Shown in pieces: positions 8,502-17,084 of a DNA stretch of 64,000 nt. Origin of the DNA: an uncultured cyanobacterium (lineage in GTDB: Bacteria; Cyanobacteriota; Cyanobacteriia; CAKZMO01); the NCBI GenBank assembly GCA_963719515.1, contig CAVRCJ010000019.1, positions 64,001 through 128,000 of the forward strand, in the 5' to 3' direction. The notes under the pieces are model-generated. The model did not search any database. It saw nothing but the letters and a program-made list of their open reading frames with translations, and had not been told where the DNA came from. Made by a program: the position numbers and the translations under genes. Within the stretch, counting starts at the first letter, position 1. Every line of letters begins with the position of its first letter.

Positions 8502-8546
8502 CCCCCCTGAGCAGTCCCCCCAAAAACAGTCTCACTGCTCGGGGGG
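8502..8546 (+). terminator. GC-rich hairpin after the 94-aa ORF
   Basis: CCCCCCTGAGCAGT...ACTGCTCGGGGGG; no U-tract. Confidence 0.45.
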
Positions 8547-8573
8547 ACGCCGCAGGCGGCGGTACCCGCCAGA

Positions 8574-8666
8574 GAATCGCCCTTAGCAGTGGCGCAGGAG
8601 CGATCGCCCTCAAGGGAATCGCCCTCAAGGGAATCGCCCTTAGCAGTGGCGCAGGAGCGATCGCCC
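8574..8666. repeat. Compound HIP1-containing repeat
   Basis: 36-mer GAATCGCCCTTAGCAGTGGCGCAGGAGCGATCGCCC at 8574 and 8631; 15-mer TCAAGGGAATCGCCC twice from 8610. Confidence 0.9.
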
Positions 8667-8713
8667 CACCAAAATGCAATATTAGTAAATGACAGCATTA
8701 CTCCCCACCCCCC

Positions 8714-9391
8714 ATGCGCCCCTTTCGCTCCGACCCCTACCTCTGGATTCACCTCGCCGGTCTCGCCGCCGTGCCCCTGTGGCTAGAGCTGTGCTTCGTC
8801 GGGTTGGCCATCGGCGAGCCGCTGCTGCCCCCGGCGGTTGAGCTAGCCGTAGTTGCCGCCGTGGGGGTGCTGCCCGTGCTGTGGATGCAGTGGCAGGCCC
8901 CCTTCTATATCTTTAGCGTGCTGGTAGCGGCGCTGCCGCCCGAACGACTCACCGGCTCGCAGCGCCAGCTGCTGCCATTCTTCAAAGGGGTAGTGCCCAA
9001 GCTGCTGTCGTTGGGCGCAGCAGTCGTCTTAGTCAGCCTGCTGTGGCAGCTCGACCGAATTGCCCCCTTGGCGATGCCCGCCGCCTTGCACTGGCCAGTG
9101 CCCCAGCAGCGCTGGTTTGGCTTAGGCGTAGCGGCGATCGCCTTTTTGCTCGCCAATCTCTTTACCCAGGTGCCCGTCAGCGTGCTGCAGGTGCTGCGGC
9201 TGCCCGAGGCCAGGGTCGCCGCCGTAGCGCCCTACCCCACAGAGGCGATCGCGCAGCAGTTTACCCTCTTGGGGTGGCGGGTCAACCGGCTGCTGCCAGC
9301 GACGACGCTTCCGCAGCCTAGCCCTACCCTGCTGCCGCCGGCCATCCCTGCAGCGGACGAGATTTCTACTTCCAAAGATGAATCGCGGTAA
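8714..9391 (+). CDS. Cyanobacterial low-complexity-tail membrane protein
   Basis: RSDPYLWIHLAGLAAVPLWL, PVLWMQW..PFYIFS, FLLANLFTQVPVSV; four TM segments. Confidence 0.85.
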   Translation: MRPFRSDPYLWIHLAGLAAVPLWLELCFVGLAIGEPLLPPAVELAVVAAVGVLPVLWMQWQAPFYIFSVLVAALPPERLTGSQRQLLPFFKGVVPKLLSLGAAVVLVSLLWQLDRIAPLAMPAALHWPVPQQRWFGLGVAAIAFLLANLFTQVPVSVLQVLRLPEARVAAVAPYPTEAIAQQFTLLGWRVNRLLPATTLPQPSPTLLPPAIPAADEISTSKDESR

Positions 9392-9578
9392 ACCGTATAG
9401 GCTATCACTGCCGAGCTAGCCGACGTAGGCTATCTTTGAGAGAGATATAAATAGTGAAAAGTCTTTACTGTTGACTTGATCTATAGAGATTTATCTATAG
9501 AGGTAGGCTAGCGGCCTCGTGGAAATCGCGACGGCTTACCCCTGCCATCTACCACAAACTGACTGTAAGAGGTTGATT

Positions 9579-9761
9579 ATGAGCATACCGTCCCTATCCC
9601 AATCTGATACTGACGTTCCCGCCTGGGCGAGCCTCAAAAAGGCGATCGCCAACAGCTCCGGATTTCAGCGATGGCAGCTTCAGAGCAATCAGAGCGACGC
9701 TACCCTCGACGACCTCGTCATGCGCTACCTGCGCGAGACTCTAGAAACCCTAGCCTATTAG
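9579..9761 (+). CDS. Conserved cyanobacterial small hypothetical protein, 60 aa
   Basis: WASLKKAIANSSGFQRW...YLRETLETLAY. Confidence 0.85.
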   Translation: MSIPSLSQSDTDVPAWASLKKAIANSSGFQRWQLQSNQSDATLDDLVMRYLRETLETLAY

Positions 9762-9815
9762 CGCGGCCCACCAGAGCGCGGCCCACCAGAGCGCGGCCCA
9801 CTAAAGCGCAACCCA
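9760..9815. repeat. 15-bp tandem repeat array interrupted by an insertion
   Basis: AGCGCGGCCCACCAG twice, AGCGCGGCCCACTAA, then AGCGCAACCCA completed by CTAA at 10208-10211. Confidence 0.9.
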
Positions 9816-10207
9816 GTGACATCCTCCCGACGCTGACAGCAAGCTGTACAGCGCGGGCTTCCTCAGTGACTCCCAGCTATTGCCGGGACATATCCTGAGA
9901 TAGGTTTATACTCCGCCTGATGCCCCACGGCAGAGTTTTGAATTTTCATCTCCGCGAGGGAGGATACGCACTATGTGTCGCAGATACATTTGCAAACTGA
10001 GGAACGGGTGACTTGCAGCTTTCGCCTACGGGCCCGTCACACTCTTTGCGGGGTGTATCACCTTGCTATCTCTATCATACCAACTGCTAGCCTCAGCGCT
10101 GAGCGCACTATCCGCTGTGCATCATTTTGCGGGCGCACTTCGGCTAGCGCGACTCTCATCCCGACGCTCACCCTGACGGGTAGAGCGCGGGGCTTCCCGT
10201 CTAGTCG
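9816..10207 (-). mobile_element. Non-autonomous IS200/IS605-family miniature element, 392 bp, keeping both ends and the tnpB 3'/omegaRNA region
   Basis: Subterminal hairpins CCCGACGCT...AGCGCGGG(G)CTTC at both ends, also seen at the tnpB remnant at 12731; right end TCAC; inserted 3' of TTTAG with no target duplication; removing it restores the 15-bp repeat. Confidence 0.88.
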
Positions 10208-10239
10208 CTAAAGCGCAGCTTACTCCAACCACAGTAGAG

Positions 10240-10896
10240 CTACAGCACACGGTCGATCCAATCCCCTACGCGCTGCTGTAGCTCTACGAGTTCTGAAATA
10301 TCTCTGTAGGTCCGCTGAAACTCAACGATGTCGACGTACATCTCTTCAGTGGGATAGTTTTGAATAATTTCCATAGGCGTGATCTGCTCGTCATCGCTGG
10401 CAGATAGCACTAAAGCCCCCCGCAGCGCTTGGCGATCGCCTCGCCGGGAGCGGGTGTGGACTGCCTTGCTTGCCCTGTCTAGCACCACGTTGCCCGCCGG
10501 GTTATTGAGTGCACGGCTGAGCAGCACCGGGCTAACGCTGACCTCTTGGGTGAGCATGTCCCGCATGTCATTGGCGGGGTAGCCGCTGAGGCGGATGTAG
10601 GGCCGCAGGCCAGAGGCAACCTCCCCTGTTTCCGCCAGCAGCGTCAGGTCTTCAACGGCGACGGAACGCTGAAAGGCGTAATACTTCAAGACAACCGATT
10701 CGGCAGCGATCGCAGGAGCTGCAGTGCCAACCGCGACGGCGCTAAACGCCAGTCCTAGCGCGACGCCAATTTTTTGTAACGCTCGGCTGCAGGACACCGT
10801 AGCCGAAGACGCTTGTGAGAAGCCGCGTCGCGGTGTCTTTGGTTGTGACAATCTTGAGTATGGCTGCGGGTGCGATTGTGGCGAGCGCGTAGGCAT
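10240..10896 (-). CDS. DUF1400 (alpha/beta hydrolase-associated) domain protein; start uncertain
   Basis: AAESVVLKY..FQRSVAVEDL..LAETG, QALRGALVLSASDD.QIT..EIIQNYPT. Confidence 0.85.
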   Translation of the reverse strand: MPTRSPQSHPQPYSRLSQPKTPRRGFSQASSATVSCSRALQKIGVALGLAFSAVAVGTAAPAIAAESVVLKYYAFQRSVAVEDLTLLAETGEVASGLRPYIRLSGYPANDMRDMLTQEVSVSPVLLSRALNNPAGNVVLDRASKAVHTRSRRGDRQALRGALVLSASDDEQITPMEIIQNYPTEEMYVDIVEFQRTYRDISELVELQQRVGDWIDRVL

Positions 10897-11072
10897 CGAA
10901 GCAAAACCCCTATCTAGCGTGTGGTTCAACTGTCATCCGATAGCTTTAATTGTGCGACAAACTGCACCATTATCGTCTCATCTCCTATCCAGTCTTCCAG
11001 CTGTCTATTGACCGATGTTAGGGGTCTATCATCCCCTATAAGCTGAATAAGCACAGTTGATGAGTAACAACA

Positions 11073-12734
11073 ATGGATATGCAACGGTGGGTTAATCGAC
11101 GGCCTCAGCAGACCCGCTGGTCTAGCGTCCCCTCTGCAGCCCGATGTCTCCTGGCGCTCCCCTTAGGGCTGACGCTAGCGATCGCAGCCGGGGGCGGCCC
11201 TGAGATGATAGCGCTGGCAGACAGTCCAGCGCCCTCTAGCGACATTGCTCAGCTCCCCGTAAGGGCGCGGGTTATCCACGTCAACCCCGCCCAGGGAACC
11301 GACGCCGAAGGCGGCGGCAGCGAGACGCAGCCCCTGCGCACAATTGGCTATGCCCTAGAACAGGCCAGCGACACGGCGGTGATTCAGCTAGCTCCGGGAA
11401 CCTACACCGCCGACACAGGTGAGACCTTTCCCCTACGGCTGAAGCCGGGCGTAATTCTGTTGGGCAGCGAATCCAACGACGGCGCAACCGTCTCGGTGAT
11501 TGGCGGCGGCACCTTTGTCACCGGCATGATGGGACGGCAAAGCGCCACCCTCATCGCCTCGGACGACAGCGAGATCCGGGGCCTGACCGTCACCAACCCC
11601 ACCACCCGAGGCACGGGCATCTGGGTAGAATCGGTCAACCCCATCGACCCGCTGATTCGCAACAACACCTTTACCGGCAACGCGCGGGACGGCGTCTTTA
11701 TTAATGGTTCTGCTGTGCCTATCATCGAGCGCAATCGCTTCGTCCGCAACTCGGATAACGGCATCTCGCTCACCCGCAGGGCAGGGGGCACCATTCGCAA
11801 CAACGAGTTTGTTGACACCGGCTTTGGCATCGTGGTGAGCGATTCTGCTAGCCCGACCATTGAGGGCAACCAGATTATCGAGAATATTGACGGGGTGGTG
11901 GTGACCACAAGAGCTACTCCCGTGCTGCGCCGAAACGTGATTCGCAGCAACACCCGCGACGGCCTAGTGGCCATTGGCAATGCTCGCCCAGACCTGGGGA
12001 CCGCTGACAGCCCTGGTGAGAACATCATCGCCAACAACGGCCGCTTTGCCATTCACAACGCTACGCGCGGCGACACGATGATGATGGCCGTCGGCAACCA
12101 GGCCAATGAGGAGGAAGTCGAGGGCAACGTAGAATTTGTGGCCCGCATGATTGGCTTCGCAGACGTCCAGGGACACTGGGCGCAGCCCTACGTTGAGGCG
12201 CTCGCGGGCCAGGAGATTATCGGCGGTTTCCCAGACGGCACCTACCGACCCAACGACCCCGTCACCCGCGCCCAGTTCGCCGCCATTCTCAACAAGGCGT
12301 TTACCGCAGCGCCCAAGCGAGGTGGGCAGGAGTTCGTCGACATCCAGCGGGACTTCTGGGGCTACAGCGCCATTCAGTCGGCCTATCAGCGCGGCTTTTT
12401 GTCGGGCTATCCGGGGCAGGTGTTCCGCCCTAGTCAAGAGATTCCTCGGGTGGAGGTGCTCGTCTCCCTCGCCAGCGGCCTAGAGCTAAACGCAGCGGCG
12501 GGCTCAGGGGCACTGAATAAGTACCAAGACGCCACCGAAATTCCCAACTGGGCCACGGGGGCGATCGCCGCCGCCACTCAGGAGAACCTGGTGGTCAACT
12601 ACCCAACGACAAACCAGCTCAACCCCAACACCCAGGCTACGCGGGCTGACGTGGCGGCCTTCGTCTACCAGGCGCTGGTGCAGGCAGGGCAGGCTGAGCC
12701 CATCGAGTCGGAGTATCTGGTGACCTTTCCGTGA
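11073..12734 (+). CDS. DUF1565 / parallel beta-helix protein with C-terminal S-layer homology domains
   Basis: IHVNP..G.D, PLRTI..AL, IQLAPGTY...TGETFPL; SLH FADVQGHWAQPYV, GFPDGTYRPN.PVTRAQFAA. Confidence 0.92.
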   Translation: MDMQRWVNRRPQQTRWSSVPSAARCLLALPLGLTLAIAAGGGPEMIALADSPAPSSDIAQLPVRARVIHVNPAQGTDAEGGGSETQPLRTIGYALEQASDTAVIQLAPGTYTADTGETFPLRLKPGVILLGSESNDGATVSVIGGGTFVTGMMGRQSATLIASDDSEIRGLTVTNPTTRGTGIWVESVNPIDPLIRNNTFTGNARDGVFINGSAVPIIERNRFVRNSDNGISLTRRAGGTIRNNEFVDTGFGIVVSDSASPTIEGNQIIENIDGVVVTTRATPVLRRNVIRSNTRDGLVAIGNARPDLGTADSPGENIIANNGRFAIHNATRGDTMMMAVGNQANEEEVEGNVEFVARMIGFADVQGHWAQPYVEALAGQEIIGGFPDGTYRPNDPVTRAQFAAILNKAFTAAPKRGGQEFVDIQRDFWGYSAIQSAYQRGFLSGYPGQVFRPSQEIPRVEVLVSLASGLELNAAAGSGALNKYQDATEIPNWATGAIAAATQENLVVNYPTTNQLNPNTQATRADVAAFVYQALVQAGQAEPIESEYLVTFP

Positions 12735-13230
12735 ATACTCCCGACGCTCATCCTACGGATAGAGCGCGGGCTTCATCGGTCGCCCGATGAGTTTCCTGCT
12801 TCGCGTTACACGCACGCTGCGCGAACACAGCCAGTTGGCTAGATATGGTTTCCCACATCCCCGCTACCTCGGCTCCACAGACAATTTGAACACCCGAAAG
12901 ACCACGGGCGTTGATGACTTGGGCAGCAGCTATATCTCTCGGCTTGACCGACCCACAGCTATGACACTGATGAACCCTATCACTCAGCGACTTTTTGACC
13001 GCAGCACCACAATCAGGGCATTCCTGAGAGGTGCGGTAGGGGTCAACCTTGCCGTAGTAGACACCACGCTTGAAGCACACCCATGGCAGCACCTGGTTGA
13101 CGAACTGCCCCAGACCAGCATCCAGGGTGTGCTTACCCAGCATCCCTTTTGCCATGATGCGGAAGTCGATGTCTTCCACAAATATCATCTGGGCTCTGCT
13201 GAGGAACAGCTGAGGAACAGCGGCAGGCAT
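12731..13230 (-). mobile_element. tnpB: IS200/IS605 remnant: N-terminally deleted TnpB plus intact right end
   Basis: IFVEDID (RuvC II), TSQECPDCG...HQCHSCG (Zn finger), RDIAAAQVI (RuvC III); RuvC I missing; right-end hairpin ending TTCAC at 12731. Confidence 0.9.
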
Positions 13231-13292
13231 CCCCTTTAATCGTAGAATTGGGGGATGTCTGCTGTCTTTTGCTCGTTTCTTTCTGGAACTGC

Positions 13293-13844
13293 ATGTCGTT
13301 TTTTCTAAAGCTCGCGCGCTGGATTGACCGGCTGAGCGAAGGGTTGGGCTGGGTAACCTTGGGGTTGACCCTGATTATGGTGGCGGTGGGAGCCTACAAC
13401 GCCATCAGCCGCTACCTAGGCCGGTTCATCGGCGTCAACCTCAGCTCTAACCTCTACATTGAGGTGCAGTGGTATCTGTTCAGCTTAATTTTTTTACTAG
13501 GGGCTGCCTACGTGCTCAAGCGCGGAGAGCACGTGCGGGTCGACATTCTCTACGGTCGGCTCTCCCGCCGGGGCAAGGCCTGGATCGATCTGCTGGGGAC
13601 GCTGCTGCTGCTGCTGCCGCTGTGCGCCGTCATCGTCATCTACTCTTTGCCGTCGGTGATTAACTCTTGGAAAATCAAGGAGGGCTCCTCCGACCCCGGC
13701 GGCCTGGACCGCTACCCGCTTAAGGCGATGCTGATAGTGGCCTTTATGCTTTTGGCGCTGCAGGGCATTTCTGAAGTTATCAAGCAAGTGGCCATCCTCT
13801 CGGGTCACCCCGCTGCCCAACCTCAAGAGGAACTCCGTGGCTGA
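13293..13844 (+). CDS. TRAP transporter small permease (DctQ family)
   Basis: EVQWYLFSLIFLLGAAY.LK..EHVRVDILY, E.SSDPGGL. Confidence 0.93.
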   Translation: MSFFLKLARWIDRLSEGLGWVTLGLTLIMVAVGAYNAISRYLGRFIGVNLSSNLYIEVQWYLFSLIFLLGAAYVLKRGEHVRVDILYGRLSRRGKAWIDLLGTLLLLLPLCAVIVIYSLPSVINSWKIKEGSSDPGGLDRYPLKAMLIVAFMLLALQGISEVIKQVAILSGHPAAQPQEELRG

Positions 13845-15153
13845 TTACCTGGGCCTGATCATGTTTCTGGGGGCGCTGCTGCTGATTTTCACGGGCTACC
13901 CCGTGGCTTTCTCCTTGGGCGGCACGGGGCTGCTGTTTGCCCTTATTGGCTACCTGTCGGGTAACTTCGATCTCATCTTGTTCTCGGCTCTGCCGCAGCG
14001 CATCTTTGGCATCATGAGCAACTACGTGCTGCTCGCCATTCCCTACTTTATTTTGATGGGGACGGTGCTGCAGCAGTCTGGGCTCGCGGAAGACCTGCTG
14101 GAGACCTTCGGCATTTTGTTTGGGCGGCTGCGGGGCGGGCTGGCCATCGGCGTGATTTTGGTGGGGACGCTGCTGGCGGCGGCGACGGGGGTAGTGGGAG
14201 CCACCGTAGTCTCCATGGGCATCATCTCTTTGCCCATCATGCTGCGCTATGGCTATAACGCTTCCTTCGCTTCAGGCATTATTGCCGCCTCTGGCACCCT
14301 GGGTCAGGTGATTCCTCCCAGCGTGGTGCTCATTGTGCTGGGCGACCAGCTAGGCGTTTCGGTGGGCGACCTGTTTTTGGGGTCACTGCTGCCGGGGATA
14401 GCCCTGTCTAGCCTATACCTGCTCTACGCGGCGGCGGTTGCCCTGTTTCGGCCTAAGGCCGCTCCCGCCCTGCCCCCCGAGCAGCTCACTTTAACCAAGC
14501 CTCAGCTGGCGCTGCGGGTATTTCGCGTCATGCTGCCGCCGCTGGTTCTCATTTTGGTGGTGCTGGGCAGCATTTTTGCCGGAGTGGCCACCCCCACCGA
14601 GGCGGGTGCCATGGGCGTCGTCGGAGCCCTGGTGCTGGCGGCTCTCAACCGGCGGCTGACGAGGCGAACGCTTTTTGGGTCGCTGCGCTCTAGCGTTGAG
14701 CTGACCACCATGGTGATTGTGCTGCTGGTGGGAGCAACGGTGTTCAGCCTGGTGTTTCGCGGACTGGGGGGCGATCGCCTCGTGCAAAACCTGCTGCTCA
14801 ACCTGCCGGGCGGGGTCGTCGGCTTCTTGATTCTGGTGAACCTGCTGGTGTTCTTCCTGGGGTTCTTCCTTGACTACTTCGAGATTGTGTTCATCATCGT
14901 GCCGCTGATGGCTCCGGTGGCTGTGCAGTTTGGCTACGACTTGGTGTGGTTTGGCGTCATGCTGGGGGTCAACCTGCAGACCTCATTTTTGACGCCGCCG
15001 TTCGGGTTTTCCCTGTTTTACCTGCGGGGCGTCGCGCCGCCAGAGGTGAGCACCGTCAGCATCTATCGCGGCGTTGTGCCGTTCATCGCCATTCAGCTGG
15101 TGGCCCTCCTGCTGATTATTCGCTTTCCTCAGCTTGTTACTTGGGTGCTCTGA
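13837..15153 (+). CDS. TRAP transporter large permease (DctM family)
   Basis: GYPVAFSLGG, LLAIPYFILMG, SGTLGQVIPPS, ATPTEAGA, QTSFLTPPFG; overlaps the dctQ stop. Confidence 0.95.
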   Translation: MADYLGLIMFLGALLLIFTGYPVAFSLGGTGLLFALIGYLSGNFDLILFSALPQRIFGIMSNYVLLAIPYFILMGTVLQQSGLAEDLLETFGILFGRLRGGLAIGVILVGTLLAAATGVVGATVVSMGIISLPIMLRYGYNASFASGIIAASGTLGQVIPPSVVLIVLGDQLGVSVGDLFLGSLLPGIALSSLYLLYAAAVALFRPKAAPALPPEQLTLTKPQLALRVFRVMLPPLVLILVVLGSIFAGVATPTEAGAMGVVGALVLAALNRRLTRRTLFGSLRSSVELTTMVIVLLVGATVFSLVFRGLGGDRLVQNLLLNLPGGVVGFLILVNLLVFFLGFFLDYFEIVFIIVPLMAPVAVQFGYDLVWFGVMLGVNLQTSFLTPPFGFSLFYLRGVAPPEVSTVSIYRGVVPFIAIQLVALLLIIRFPQLVTWVL

Positions 15154-15192
15154 GGTTGGGTGTTTGAGGTCAGCTCCAAAGCGACATAGCAA

Positions 15193-15222
15193 ATAGGGGG
15201 GATGCGATCGCATCCCCCCTAT
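15193..15222. terminator. Perfect 30-bp palindrome centred on HIP1, between convergent genes
   Basis: ATAGGGGGGATGCGATCGCATCCCCCCTAT. Confidence 0.6.
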
Positions 15223-15254
15223 CTTCAATAAGCTTCGCAGTCGCGATAGACTGA

Positions 15255-15728
15255 CTAGTCGAGGTAGCCCATCATTCCAGCCGGGTCGAAAATATCATTA
15301 CGGGCGATGGGGCGATTGTTGGGGAGACTGCTGCCCTCCATGAGTTCTCCGGGGCTAGATCCAATGGGGCGGTGCTCCGGTAGGCTATCGACATCGACAA
15401 CGGCAAGATTGCTGCTGAAGACTGGGCGATGACCCGGCAGCGTGTCGGTGTGGGCCACAGACAGATGGTTGGCCTCAATGGGCCTTCCACCCATGAGGGT
15501 GTCGTAGATATCGAGATGGCTCGCACCGATGGGGCGAATGCCGGAGAACGACATCGTATCTACAATTTCGATACCATCGCTGCTGATGGGGCGACCCGCT
15601 AGCTCCCGCGATGGCTTCAGCTCAATGGCGTGCCCTTCCTCTGAGGTGACCGTTTTCTTAGACTCTTTAGGCTCTTTAGGCGCTTTAGGGACGATATCTA
15701 CCTGGTCGTTTGTGTCTTGATCTGCCAT
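15255..15728 (-). CDS. Hypothetical protein with six RP(I/V) peptide repeats
   Basis: Repeats GRPIS, IRPIG, GRPIE, HRPVF, HRPIG, NRPIA at about 17-19 aa spacing; ends MGYLD. Confidence 0.8.
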   Translation of the reverse strand: MADQDTNDQVDIVPKAPKEPKESKKTVTSEEGHAIELKPSRELAGRPISSDGIEIVDTMSFSGIRPIGASHLDIYDTLMGGRPIEANHLSVAHTDTLPGHRPVFSSNLAVVDVDSLPEHRPIGSSPGELMEGSSLPNNRPIARNDIFDPAGMMGYLD

Positions 15729-16215
15729 AACCCATAACCCTCATTTGTACACTGCTTGTAAGACTAAGCTAGAGATCCCTCTAGCACTGACCTCTAGCGT
15801 CGAGGCAGTCGGGGATAACGTCTCGTCTAGTTCTGTAGCGGCTCTAGCCCAGCACTCTCTGGCCCAAAGTCGACTTGTCACGCCGAACCTATTGCACCGA
15901 ATCTAATGCCCAAAAGGCGAGCCGATTTATCGCCTACAGTCTATTGTAGAAGCAAATTGGCATATCTCAACATATGGAAAATCGCCGCTACTATAATAAT
16001 TATTTAATTTTTGCATTAAAAATACTGATTTTAGGGTAGACAGAGGGTTCCAGGGTATATATTGTCTCTCCTGACAGCAAACGTTTAACCTGTGACAGGC
16101 TCCCCTGCCTGAAACCTCTTCCGGTCTAGCGTCGCTTGTGCTAGGTCGAGTTTTCTGACACTCTGGAACTCGCTATGCTGACCGATACGCTTTCCCATCC
16201 CCCATCCCAGATTTC

Positions 16216-16983
16216 ATGAAAGAACTTTCCAGCCGCCAACTGTCTCCGGTCATCGCCACTGCCTTCAAGGTAGTGGGTATCATCATGGTCTTAGCGGCGC
16301 TCATCGACGTCGCCGTGCTGCCGATGCCATATCTGCTCGACAGCCAGGAGTGGTGGCTCGGATTTACAACCCAAGTTGTCGACCGGGGTATCATCCCTTT
16401 GCTAGGGCTCACCCTGTTTTTGGCAGGCTTTTGGATTGAGTCTCTGACGGGGCCAACCAGCCGCCTGCTGCCAAAGATGACGGTCATCCTTTCCTGCATC
16501 CTGTCTGCAATCTATCTGCTGCTAATCGTGCTCCACATCGGCAAGGTGGCTGCGGTTCAATCAGATCAGCTAGAGGCGGTCGCCGAGCGGACGGCCCAGG
16601 CCGAGCAGCAGCTTGACACTGAAATTGAGACTCAAATTGGGCAGCGACGAACGTTGATCAGCCAGCTGCTAGAAAACGAGTCGCTGCGAGGCCAAGCGGT
16701 CTCGCGAGGGCTGATTTCAGCGGACGATGCGGCGGTTCTAGATGAGTTCGAGGATGATCCAGAACAGCTCGAAACCTACCTGCAGGGGTTGGAGAGTCAG
16801 GCGGAAGCGCTGCGTAGCGATGAGCAAAGCAAGATCACTGAAGGCAGAGAGGAGCGCGTCAAGGAGATCAAAAGTGATGCTCTAAAGTCAAACCTTCGCA
16901 TTGGCGTGAGCAGTCTGCTGCTGTCTCTGGGCTATGGTGCTCTGGGCTGGACCGGACTTAAAGGGTTCCGATACAGGGACTAG
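16216..16983 (+). CDS. HpsJ family membrane protein
   Basis: FKVVGIIM, TQVVDRGIIPLLG, coiled-coil loop, C-terminal RIGVSSLLLSLGY..LGW.G. Confidence 0.8.
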   Translation: MKELSSRQLSPVIATAFKVVGIIMVLAALIDVAVLPMPYLLDSQEWWLGFTTQVVDRGIIPLLGLTLFLAGFWIESLTGPTSRLLPKMTVILSCILSAIYLLLIVLHIGKVAAVQSDQLEAVAERTAQAEQQLDTEIETQIGQRRTLISQLLENESLRGQAVSRGLISADDAAVLDEFEDDPEQLETYLQGLESQAEALRSDEQSKITEGREERVKEIKSDALKSNLRIGVSSLLLSLGYGALGWTGLKGFRYRD

Positions 16984-17084
16984 GGCTGCAATAGTCTCTA
17001 CAATGGTGATAGACCGAATGCGCAAGGCTGCTGAGGGAACTCTGCCTTTGGACGCACCCACAAGCGAAGGAGATTGAGTGTACT

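Noticed and set aside
8574..9815. Short repeats at 8574 and 9760 as CRISPR arrays
   Set aside because: No unique spacers of constant length, tandem organisation, and no cas genes.
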